From an uncultured Caldisericales bacterium (GTDB lineage: Bacteria > Caldisericota > Caldisericia > Caldisericales > Caldisericaceae): 30,375 nucleotides of DNA. Below are positions 18,517 to 27,566 of the stretch, one piece after another. The position numbers were made by a program, and so were the translations under genes. Below the pieces are notes generated by a model. The model ran no database searches and was not told where the DNA came from. It saw only the letters and a program-made list of their open reading frames with translations. Every line of letters starts with the position of its first letter. Positions within the stretch are counted from its first letter, which is position 1. The DNA lies in assembly GCA_964465465.1 (NCBI GenBank), contig CAYXJW010000006.1:1-30375 (forward strand), in the 5' to 3' direction.

Positions 18517-19635
18517 ATGAATATAAATTTTAAGGTTTTAAAGCAGAGTAAAAATAGCAGGGCAAGGCTTACCGAATTTGAGACATCTCACGGAAAAGTT
18601 AAAACTCCTGTGTTTATGCCTGTTGGAACACAGGCAACTGTTAAAACATTGTCTTCTCTTGATGTGGAAGATATAGGTTTCAAAATAATCCTTGGGAATA
18701 CATACCACCTTTATCTTCAGCCCGGTGCAGACACCATTGAGAGGGCAGGCGGATTGCATAAGTTTATGAATTGGAAACATTCTATACTTACTGACAGTGG
18801 TGGTTTTCAGGTCTTATCCTTGAGAGATATAAGAAAAATTAGGAGAGATGGAGTAGAATTCCGATCTTTTATTGATGGTTCAAAGCATTATTTTACTCCT
18901 GAGAGAGTTGTTGAAATTGAAGAAAAAATAGGTGCAGATATTATCATTCCTCTTGATATATGTAGTTCTTATCCATCTGATTTTGACACGACAAAAAGAG
19001 AACTTGAAATTACTTTGGATTGGGCAAAAAGAAGTTTTGCAGTAAAAAGCAGGGAAGATCAAGTGATGTTTGGTGTGATACAGGGTGGTTTTTACAAAGA
19101 ACTCCGAAAGGTAGCAGTAAATGAAATTTTATCTATGAATTTTCAGGGCGTTACCTTAGGTGGACTTAGTATAGGTGAGGATAAAGAACTTACAAAAGAG
19201 TTTGTGGATTATACTGTTTCTCTCCTTCCCCAAGATAAACCTCGTTATCTTATGGGGGTAGGTGATCCTATAAGTATTCTTGAATATGTAAGGTTGGGTG
19301 TTGATATGTTTGACTGTGTCTTGCCGACGCGTGTTGCAAGAAATAGAACACTTTTCACATTGGACGGCCCAATCAAAATTACGAAAGCAATCTATAAAGA
19401 GGATTTTACTCCAATTGAAGAGACATGTGAATGTTATACCTGTAAGAATTTTACAAAGGCGTACCTTAATCACCTTTTTAAAGCAAAAGAATACCTTGCT
19501 CCTCGTTTAGCGACGATTCATAATCTGTTTTTTATGCACCGTCTTATTTCTGATATTCGCAAGGCAATAGAAGGTGACTATTTTGAAGAGTTCTATACAG
19601 AATTCAAAGCAAGGTATCTTTCCGGGATATCCTGA
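18517..19635 (+). CDS. tgt: Queuine tRNA-ribosyltransferase
   Basis: 372 aa. Catalytic region LTDSGGFQ. Zinc site CxCxxC...H (CECYTCKNF...NHLF). SD GAGGTG. Confidence 0.92.
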   Translation: MNINFKVLKQSKNSRARLTEFETSHGKVKTPVFMPVGTQATVKTLSSLDVEDIGFKIILGNTYHLYLQPGADTIERAGGLHKFMNWKHSILTDSGGFQVLSLRDIRKIRRDGVEFRSFIDGSKHYFTPERVVEIEEKIGADIIIPLDICSSYPSDFDTTKRELEITLDWAKRSFAVKSREDQVMFGVIQGGFYKELRKVAVNEILSMNFQGVTLGGLSIGEDKELTKEFVDYTVSLLPQDKPRYLMGVGDPISILEYVRLGVDMFDCVLPTRVARNRTLFTLDGPIKITKAIYKEDFTPIEETCECYTCKNFTKAYLNHLFKAKEYLAPRLATIHNLFFMHRLISDIRKAIEGDYFEEFYTEFKARYLSGIS

Positions 19636-19642
19636 TTATGCT

Positions 19643-19963
19643 CTATTTCTTTGGTGCACTTTGATTTTCTTTTATCACTCCGCTCCAACGTTCAAGTGGA
19701 AGCAAAAGATGAGTGATCAGTCCTGCTGCGATTAAAATTCCACTGAAGTAAAACCAAAAATTAAAACCATGGCACAGTTTGTAGAGAAGATAGAATACGG
19801 TGGCGTATGAAAGGATAGTGAGAAGCATAAAAGTGATTCCTTTCGAAATAATATTCAGTTTGAAGTAATTTTTTGCCTTTCTCCCAAACGATCCTGCAAG
19901 TCCAATTGATATGTAGAAACTGATAAGAATTGCATAATGAATTAAATCATCTATTTGCCACAT
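19643..19963 (-). CDS. Hypothetical small membrane protein (about 3 TM segments), 106 aa
   Basis: The ORF has three long hydrophobic stretches. It is convergent with tgt (7 nt between the stops) and sits 10 nt downstream of tRNA-Ser on the minus strand. No clear SD, so it could instead be a leader-poor or spurious ORF. Confidence 0.4.
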   Translation of the reverse strand: MWQIDDLIHYAILISFYISIGLAGSFGRKAKNYFKLNIISKGITFMLLTILSYATVFYLLYKLCHGFNFWFYFSGILIAAGLITHLLLPLERWSGVIKENQSAPKK

Positions 19964-19973
19964 TGCTAAAAAT

Positions 19974-20060
19974 TGGCGGAGGGGAGAGGATTCGAACCTC
20001 CGAGGCTCATCACCTGCCGCATTTCAAGTGCGGTGCCATCGTCCACTCGGCCACCCCTCC
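19974..20060 (-). tRNA. tRNA-Ser (anticodon TGA), long variable arm, CCA encoded
   Basis: The reverse complement folds as GGAGGGG acceptor, D-arm, anticodon stem CCGCA/TGCGG with loop CTTGAAA, long extra arm, T-arm GGAGG TTCGAAT CCTCT, acceptor CCCCTCC, discriminator G and CCA. Confidence 0.85.
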
Positions 20061-20065
20061 AGAAA

Positions 20066-21349
<1,284 letters not shown>

Positions 21350-21361
21350 TCACCTCTTATA

Positions 21362-23833
21362 TTATGGATTATTGTTTTCTATGATAATATCTTTTTCTGC
21401 GCTTGCAAGTGTATTTCCAAAAGAGTCTTGAACAACAACTTTTGCAACTGTTTTTCCCGGGACATTTGCAACTATTTTAAACTGGTAAGTTTTGTCAAAA
21501 GAAGGTTTTTTAAGTGTTGCAACAGGTAAGTTGTAAACAATAAATGTTACGCGAATTCCGGAAGTGTTTTTGATGTTTTCTAATTTTGCGGTAAGTGTTA
21601 TAAAATCACCACTTTTATAAACATCTTTATCCGTTGTGAAAACCACTTTTATATTGTTTTGATCTGGATTAGGATTAGGATTTGGAGGAGGATTAGGATT
21701 AAAGTTTCTTGGGTCGACTTTTGTAGGCTGTGTTCCCTTTATAAAAGTTTTTTCTACTACAAGGTCTGGTGGACAATTTGGAGGTGCAAGTAGTCCTGAA
21801 TCTTTGCATATCTTTACGGTAACGACTCCGTTATCCCTTATATCTATAGGTGGAACAGCATACGGGAGGAAATTGTACACTGTTGTGTTCTTTTCATTTG
21901 TTTTAGTTCTGTAACCCGTATTATCGTAAACTCTTGCAGGTATTAAACCTGTTTTAGGCTTTGAAAAATCGTCTTTTGGAAATTCATTCATCGCCTTTAG
22001 CATAAATTCATGCCAGATCATTGCAGGAAAACGCATTCCAGCATTCAGTACGCCGGGGAAGGTTACCTCTTTTGAATCTGGTCCAACCCATACGCTTACC
22101 GAAATATTCGGTGTGTATCCATCGAACCAGGCGTCAGTCCAATTGTCTGTGCTTCCAGTCTTTCCAGCAGCAGGTAATCCTTTTATTCTTGCATTTACTT
22201 CAGTTGACATAACATAACTGAATATCCTGTTCATTATATAGGCAACCTGTGGAGAAACCACTCTGTAAGAGTTGTCTTTGTGTTGATATAAAACTTCACC
22301 GTTAGGTGCGACAATTTTTTCTATAATATACGGAGGGTGTCTTACTCCATTGTCTCCAAGAACAGCATAGGCGTCTGCCATTTCAAGTTGCTTTACTTCA
22401 AAACTTCCTATTGCTATTGATGGATAGGGTTTTAACGGTGTGGAAATGCCAAATTTTCTTGCAAAATATATCACTGTATTAAGTCCTATTCTTTGCGATA
22501 CCTTTGCTGCACAAATATTTGAAGATAATGCAAGCGCTCTGTACACATTCATATTGCCGAAATATTTGTTTTCACCTATCCATTCGTGTGGTTCCCAAAC
22601 TCCTGTTACTGTTTTAACCTTGTAAGGAGCGGATAGTATGATAGATGATGGTGTTAAAGAGCCGCATGCTATTGCAGATGTATAATCAAAAATCTTAAAT
22701 GAAGAGCCAGGCTGTTTAAGTGCAAGGGTCCTGTTGTATTTTGTGTTGTTATAGTCCCTTCCACCTACCATTGCAAGGATTGCTCCTGTTTTTACATCTA
22801 TTGCTGTGAGTGCAGATTGCGGTTGTATTACTCCAAGGTGATTTTTCTTTCCTTTTGGAAAGATACCTTTGTTTTCCGCATCAGTTAGCACTTTATTAAT
22901 TGCATCTGTTCCTGCTTTTTGGAGTTCTGGGTGGATTGTGGTATATATTTTAAGCCCACCTTCATATAGCATTTTCTCTCCAAATTTTTCGGCAACTTTT
23001 TCTTTAACATAATCAATTACATAGCCCATGTTGTCGCCTACTTCCCTTTTTTCCGCAAATTTCAGGGGTGTGTTGTATGCTTTTACTGCTTCCTGCTCGG
23101 TGATATATCCTGCATCTGCCATCTTTGCAAGGACGATTTTTTGGGCTTCTTTTGCCGCCTTCATGTTTACAAATGGGTTGATGTCTGAAGGTGCTTTTAT
23201 AATTCCAGCAAGCATTGCTGCTTCTGGAAGTGTGAGTTCGCTTGCGTGTTTACCAAAATATGTTTCTGCTGCAGATTCTATGCCGTATGCTCCAGCACCA
23301 AAGTAAACCTCGTTTAAATACATTTCGAGAATTTGATCTTTGGTGAATTTCTTTTCAAGTTCTATAGCAAGTAAGGCCTCTTTTATTTTTCTTCTTATTG
23401 TTTGTTTCTGTGTGAGGAATAGATTCCTTGCAAGTTGCTGAGTTATTGTGCTACCACCTTGTACGATGCGCCCATGTCTTAAATCTTGAAACAAAGCGCG
23501 CATTATTCCTTTATAGTCAAGCGCTCCATGTTCATAAAACCTCTCGTCTTCTTCCGCAATTACTGCTTTTTTAGCAATATCTGATATCTTGTTTAGTGGG
23601 ACGTAAACTCTGTTTTCGAATGCATATACATTTGTTATAAGGTTGCCTTTATAGTCAAAAATCTGTGAGGATTGTTCTGGAGAGTAGGAGAGTTTAGAGA
23701 TGTCTGGAAGTTCTTTTTCACATTGAGCAATGTAAATTCCAGCAAAAATTCCTGCACCTATCACAATTACAAGAATTGTAAGAAGAAAACCTGCCAGTAT
23801 TTTTACAAACAAGGAACGCTTTTTCTTTTTCAT
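21362..23833 (-). CDS. Class A penicillin-binding protein (PBP1A-type bifunctional transglycosylase/transpeptidase) with C-terminal Pro/Asn-rich linker and an extra beta-rich domain
   Basis: N-terminal TM segment. GT51 motifs (EDERFYEHGALD, GGSTITQQLARN). Transpeptidase motifs SSFK, SSN and KTGST. C-terminal NPNPPPNPNPNPDQ linker plus roughly 100 more residues. SD GGAGG. Confidence 0.9.
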   Translation of the reverse strand: MKKKKRSLFVKILAGFLLTILVIVIGAGIFAGIYIAQCEKELPDISKLSYSPEQSSQIFDYKGNLITNVYAFENRVYVPLNKISDIAKKAVIAEEDERFYEHGALDYKGIMRALFQDLRHGRIVQGGSTITQQLARNLFLTQKQTIRRKIKEALLAIELEKKFTKDQILEMYLNEVYFGAGAYGIESAAETYFGKHASELTLPEAAMLAGIIKAPSDINPFVNMKAAKEAQKIVLAKMADAGYITEQEAVKAYNTPLKFAEKREVGDNMGYVIDYVKEKVAEKFGEKMLYEGGLKIYTTIHPELQKAGTDAINKVLTDAENKGIFPKGKKNHLGVIQPQSALTAIDVKTGAILAMVGGRDYNNTKYNRTLALKQPGSSFKIFDYTSAIACGSLTPSSIILSAPYKVKTVTGVWEPHEWIGENKYFGNMNVYRALALSSNICAAKVSQRIGLNTVIYFARKFGISTPLKPYPSIAIGSFEVKQLEMADAYAVLGDNGVRHPPYIIEKIVAPNGEVLYQHKDNSYRVVSPQVAYIMNRIFSYVMSTEVNARIKGLPAAGKTGSTDNWTDAWFDGYTPNISVSVWVGPDSKEVTFPGVLNAGMRFPAMIWHEFMLKAMNEFPKDDFSKPKTGLIPARVYDNTGYRTKTNEKNTTVYNFLPYAVPPIDIRDNGVVTVKICKDSGLLAPPNCPPDLVVEKTFIKGTQPTKVDPRNFNPNPPPNPNPNPDQNNIKVVFTTDKDVYKSGDFITLTAKLENIKNTSGIRVTFIVYNLPVATLKKPSFDKTYQFKIVANVPGKTVAKVVVQDSFGNTLASAEKDIIIENNNP

Positions 23834-23857
23834 AAAACCTCCTGAGTATTTAAAGAA

Positions 23858-25762
23858 TTATCCAGCGGAAGATCCTCCTCCACCTCCACCTGAGAATCCA
23901 CCTCCACCTGAAAATCCACCTCCACTTCCAGACGAAGAGCTTTTTGTAGAAGTGAAAACAGTTGCGGAACTGTTCAGAAGGGAGTTTAAACCGTGAGATA
24001 TTGCGTCAAGTGAAAATCCTTGCATGGAGTTAGATAACCCACCACCCATTCCTTGTGAAGGAACGGTTCTTTCTCCGAAACTTTGTGTGCTTGCCATTCC
24101 GCTTCCACTGTATCCGTAATTCATATTATCGTATCCGTAAGGTACGTACCACACAGGTGCAGGTGCTTTTATTCTTGAAAATTCATTAATCCACCTGTGG
24201 TCGATTCCGAATATTATAGCGAATGGGAGATATTTTGCAAATTTATCTTTTGCTTCTTCTGCTTTTTTGTATTTTAAGAGCCCTTTCAAATATCGCTCAA
24301 ATGCAAGCCATTTTGCACGTTCTTGCATTCCTTTTAGTGATTTTCTTGGCATTGCGTTTGCAAATAGCATAACAACAACACCGCCCAGAATAAGAGGCCA
24401 GGCAATAAATGAAATTCCTATTGCACTTCCAAATGTAATTCCGAAGAATCCAAAGAATATCATTGCAAACCCTATACCAAAATATTTCGTTTTAACCTTT
24501 ACAGGACTACCTCCTTCATAAAACCCATGCTTGACAAGTTCCTGGTCAATGAGTTTGTACAGTGTTGGTAGATAATTTGCAAAGTTGTATTTTAGATCGG
24601 AAAGTTTTACATAGTCCAGATCTCCAAACATATATTCAAGAAGTTTCTTTTCAAACGGTTTTAAGTCTTCAGTGCTTTTCTCTCTGTTAAGGGTGTATAC
24701 GAAGTCTGTTTTTTTCAGTAAACCACCTTTTATCTCTTCCATTTTCAGGTAGCCTCTGTTGGCGAGATCTATAATTGTTGCTATTACTTCTTTTATGGTG
24801 GCTCCTTGTTTTAGAAGTGCTCCCACTACGGCAGGTGGTAAGTTGCTTGGTGGTTCACGGAGATATTCGGCAAATTCAGGAACTTTGTATTCCCTACCCT
24901 TTTTGTACCATTGCAGAAACATAAATACGATAATGAATATAAAAAGCAAAAACCCTATTAGTGCTTTTATTCCTGCAATTTTCGCTTTTCTTGCATTTTC
25001 TTCTGCTTGTTTCTTTAATATGTCTACTGCACTTCCAGGATGTACCTGTACACCTTCGGGCATTATTATGAGACCCTTTGGCATTACCACGGAAACACCT
25101 ATAAACTGCCCGGGAGCAATGTCACTTCCCTGGAATATAACCTTGTTTCCGCTTACTATGGTAACCTTTCCTGTTCCAACTGGAAGACCCCAGCCCCAGG
25201 CTTTTATCTGATCTTTTGTTGCGCCTTCAGGCAAGTTTACAATAACTTTTGCTTTATCTATCGTTGTTTCATTTCCAGGAGGAATTGCGTAAAATTGAAA
25301 CAAAGTGTCCTTTTCGTAGAATGAAATGGTACCATACTTTGCAGCACCTGTTATGGTGTATGTTATAATGAAGTGTTTAACAACATTTTTTGCTTCAAAA
25401 TTTACCTGTATATATGCAGAATTTCCTTCCCTATAAGCCCTGTAAGTTCCTGGAGTTCCACTTCCAGGTTTATACGGAATTTCTTGTCCGTTTTTGTCTT
25501 CAAATACTCTGATATTCTCGATATTTCCTATTTTGTTTAGATCAATTTTACGCTTATACCAGTGGTATGCTTTTCCCCCATCATGTGATCCAAAATACAA
25601 AACGACATCTTCCCTTATATTGAGGTTTCCGTTCCGCAATACATCAATGTTTACATCCCATTCGTTGTATTTATAAGATGCAAAAGCATTTTTAAATGGT
25701 ATGAAAATTGAAATTGTTAAAATTGCAATAATTGTTATTGCAAAAATTCTTTTACTTTTCAT
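23858..25762 (-). CDS. DUF2207 family membrane protein with signal peptide and C-terminal Gly/Ser-rich tail
   Basis: 634 aa. N-terminal signal-like segment ending AFA. Extracytoplasmic beta-rich domain. TM segments around residues 245-265 and 430-475. Low-complexity tail SGSGGGFSGGGGFSGGGGGGSSAG. SD GGAGGG. Confidence 0.78.
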   Translation of the reverse strand: MKSKRIFAITIIAILTISIFIPFKNAFASYKYNEWDVNIDVLRNGNLNIREDVVLYFGSHDGGKAYHWYKRKIDLNKIGNIENIRVFEDKNGQEIPYKPGSGTPGTYRAYREGNSAYIQVNFEAKNVVKHFIITYTITGAAKYGTISFYEKDTLFQFYAIPPGNETTIDKAKVIVNLPEGATKDQIKAWGWGLPVGTGKVTIVSGNKVIFQGSDIAPGQFIGVSVVMPKGLIIMPEGVQVHPGSAVDILKKQAEENARKAKIAGIKALIGFLLFIFIIVFMFLQWYKKGREYKVPEFAEYLREPPSNLPPAVVGALLKQGATIKEVIATIIDLANRGYLKMEEIKGGLLKKTDFVYTLNREKSTEDLKPFEKKLLEYMFGDLDYVKLSDLKYNFANYLPTLYKLIDQELVKHGFYEGGSPVKVKTKYFGIGFAMIFFGFFGITFGSAIGISFIAWPLILGGVVVMLFANAMPRKSLKGMQERAKWLAFERYLKGLLKYKKAEEAKDKFAKYLPFAIIFGIDHRWINEFSRIKAPAPVWYVPYGYDNMNYGYSGSGMASTQSFGERTVPSQGMGGGLSNSMQGFSLDAISHGLNSLLNSSATVFTSTKSSSSGSGGGFSGGGGFSGGGGGGSSAG

Positions 25763-25815
25763 TTTTCCCTCCTTTGAGAAAAACTATAAATAGAAGGCCT
25801 ATGAGACCTTCCATA

Positions 25816-25856
25816 AAAAGAAGAACTTTATAAATGGGGGGAAGTTCTTCTTTTTT
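25816..25856. terminator. Bidirectional intrinsic-terminator-like hairpin between the SPFH gene and the DUF2207 gene
   Basis: Perfect 13-nt arms AAAAGAAGAACTT and AAGTTCTTCTTTT around a 13-nt loop. T-runs follow the stem on both strands (TTTTTT on plus, UUUUUA on minus). Confidence 0.5.
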
Positions 25857-25915
25857 GAGGAGTATAAGACTTATTGTTCCACATCCAAACCAAAAAAGAA
25901 GAATTGCTAAAAGTA

Positions 25916-26989
25916 TCACTTTGTTTGATTTTCACCCTCGTTCTTTACGAGTTTATAACCACAGTTTGGACAGAATTTGGAATCCGCCGGTATTTGCTTG
26001 TGGCAATTTGGACACTCAATCATCTTCGGCGTATCCTTAACAAGTTTGTAACCACAGTTTGGACAGAATTTGGAGTCTGCCGGTATTATTGCTCCACAAT
26101 TAGGGCATTTTATCATTACTTGCTGTTGATTTTGTTTTTCAGCATTCATTGCTTGCTGCATCATTCCAGGAATAATCATACCCATGCCCATACCCATACC
26201 TAATCCTGCGCCTGCGGCTGCTGTTCCTCCGGGTGTAGGATTTTTTGCTGCTTCTTCCATCGCTTTTGCCGTTTTGAATTGCAGGTATTGGTTCATGTTT
26301 CCTATGGCATTCATGCCAGTACGTTCGTCAATAACTTTTTGTACTTCTTCTGGAAGAGTAATTGAGGATATGTAAAAATCTACGAGTTCAAGTCCGTATT
26401 TTTTGAAGTCGTCAAGAATTCTTGATTTTGCAACGCCGCTGAGTTCATCGTAAAGTTTTGGCAAATCAAAAATCGATTCTATCCCTTCTCCCAGTACATC
26501 TGTGTACCTTGAGAGAATAATAGAGCGATAAAAGTTTTGAAGTTCTTCGGTAGTATATATCCCTTGTGTTCCTACTACGGTATTCACAAAGAGATATGGA
26601 TCTACTATTCTTACACTATATATTCCAAACGAGCGTAGTCTTACCATTCCAAGTTCTTTGTCTCTGTAAAGAATTGGTTGTTCAGTTCCCCATTTGAGAT
26701 TCGTAAATACTTTTCTATCAACAAAGATAACTTCCGCTTGAAATGGGCTTTTGAACCCATAAGGAAGAGAGAGAAGTTTTGTTAAGAGTGGAAGGTTTTG
26801 TGTTGAGAGAATGTGTCTTCCTGGGCCAAAAACATCAAGTGCTTTTCCATCTCTGAAAAATACAGCGCTCTGAGTTTCTCTTACGATGAGTTGAGCGCCC
26901 ATCTTTATATCAGCTGAGCCTGTTTCTGGAAATCTGTGCACCATCTCGGTGCCTGTTTGGTCAAACCATTGAATGATTTCTATTGCCAT
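25916..26989 (-). CDS. SPFH/band-7 (stomatin/prohibitin/flotillin-like, COG4260/YdjI-like) protein fused to two C-terminal zinc ribbons
   Basis: N-terminal SPFH-like domain without a TM segment. Gly/Met-rich low-complexity linker ([10 protein letters not shown]). Two tandem CPNC-x11-CPNCG zinc-ribbon repeats. SD AAGGGGG. Confidence 0.82.
   Translation of the reverse strand: MAIEIIQWFDQTGTEMVHRFPETGSADIKMGAQLIVRETQSAVFFRDGKALDVFGPGRHILSTQNLPLLTKLLSLPYGFKSPFQAEVIFVDRKVFTNLKWGTEQPILYRDKELGMVRLRSFGIYSVRIVDPYLFVNTVVGTQGIYTTEELQNFYRSIILSRYTDVLGEGIESIFDLPKLYDELSGVAKSRILDDFKKYGLELVDFYISSITLPEEVQKVIDERTGMNAIGNMNQYLQFKTAKAMEEAAKNPTPGGTAAAGAGLGMGMGMGMIIPGMMQQAMNAEKQNQQQVMIKCPNCGAIIPADSKFCPNCGYKLVKDTPKMIECPNCHKQIPADSKFCPNCGYKLVKNEGENQTK
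25948..26133. repeat. Tandem direct repeat of 93 nt x 2 encoding the duplicated zinc-ribbon module
   Basis: 25948-25994 and 26041-26087 are near-identical (about 43 of 47 nt). Both encode the peptide [16 protein letters not shown]. The period equals 31 codons. Confidence 0.6.
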
Positions 26990-27006
26990 AGCGAACCCCC
27001 TTTATT

Positions 27007-27510
27007 TTATGAAATACCGGAAAGTGCGTTTTGTCTTTCCGTAATTTTTTCTTCGAATTTTTTGAGTTCTTCTTTGATTAAATTTATCTGCTCTTTGGTT
27101 GTTTTTGAACTGTCTTTTATTATACTCTCTGTTTCTTCTATCAAGGATAGTAGTGTGGCATCAATGCTGTATAGCCTATCGAGTTGTGGCGTATCAACTT
27201 TGATTGCTCCAAAGAATCCAGAATAGCCATGCGGACTGTATTGAATTTTATCTATTACCATCTGGAAATGTTTTACAAGATCGTTTAATTCATTCAGTGT
27301 ATCAAAATCGTGTGCTTTGAACAGTTCATTTGCCTTTTTCATTAGCGTGTCTTTTGATTCTCTCAATCTATTTGCAAGATAATCTCTTAAAAGTTTATCC
27401 GCTGTTCTCCTTTTTTCTCTTTCAAAGTATCCCGCAAAACCAGGTATCTTTTCTATGAGTTTCTGATACCAGTTTTCGCCCTCGTCAATTTTTTTCCTTA
27501 AGTCGTCCAT
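27007..27510 (-). CDS. Hypothetical soluble helical/coiled-coil protein, 167 aa, no recognisable family
   Basis: Strong SD (GGAGGGA, 8 nt spacing). Charged helical composition with no TM segment or signal peptide. 17 nt upstream of, and co-oriented with, the SPFH zinc-ribbon gene. Confidence 0.7.
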   Translation of the reverse strand: MDDLRKKIDEGENWYQKLIEKIPGFAGYFEREKRRTADKLLRDYLANRLRESKDTLMKKANELFKAHDFDTLNELNDLVKHFQMVIDKIQYSPHGYSGFFGAIKVDTPQLDRLYSIDATLLSLIEETESIIKDSSKTTKEQINLIKEELKKFEEKITERQNALSGIS

Positions 27511-27538
27511 AAATCCCTCCTTATTCGTTTTATGTTAT

Positions 27539-27566
27539 ATTATACGTATAGTTTGCGATGAATCAA
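27539..27566 (-). promoter_or_regulatory. Candidate promoter for the 167-aa/SPFH unit: TTGATT (complement of 27561-27566), 16-nt spacer, TATAAT (complement of 27539-27544), overlapped by the palindrome TATACGTATA
   Basis: Consensus -10 and a 4/6 -35 with a 16-nt spacer. The -35 overlaps the thioesterase stop codon. The perfect 10-bp palindrome at 27541-27550 spans the -10 and could be an operator. About 20-nt leader to the SD. Confidence 0.45.

Noticed and set aside
23861-23935. The regular 18-nt repeats at the DUF2207 3' end as a possible CRISPR or other repeat array
   Set aside because: They are in frame inside a CDS and encode a Gly/Ser-rich tail. There are no spacers and only about 2.5 copies. 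It is a simple-sequence coding repeat.
25834-26375. Plus-strand ORFs 25834..26040, 25874..26203 and 26184..26375 overlapping the SPFH zinc-ribbon gene
   Set aside because: One starts inside the terminator hairpin loop. Their internal repeats are simply the antisense image of the tandem zinc-ribbon duplication.
27007-27510. The 167-aa protein as a PspA/IM30 or LemA homologue
   Set aside because: It has no LemA-type N-terminal TM segment or conserved core. It has no PspA/Vipp1-type N-terminal amphipathic helix or AEDP signature. It is too short for PspA (about 220 aa). It is kept only as a positional analogue, not a homologue.
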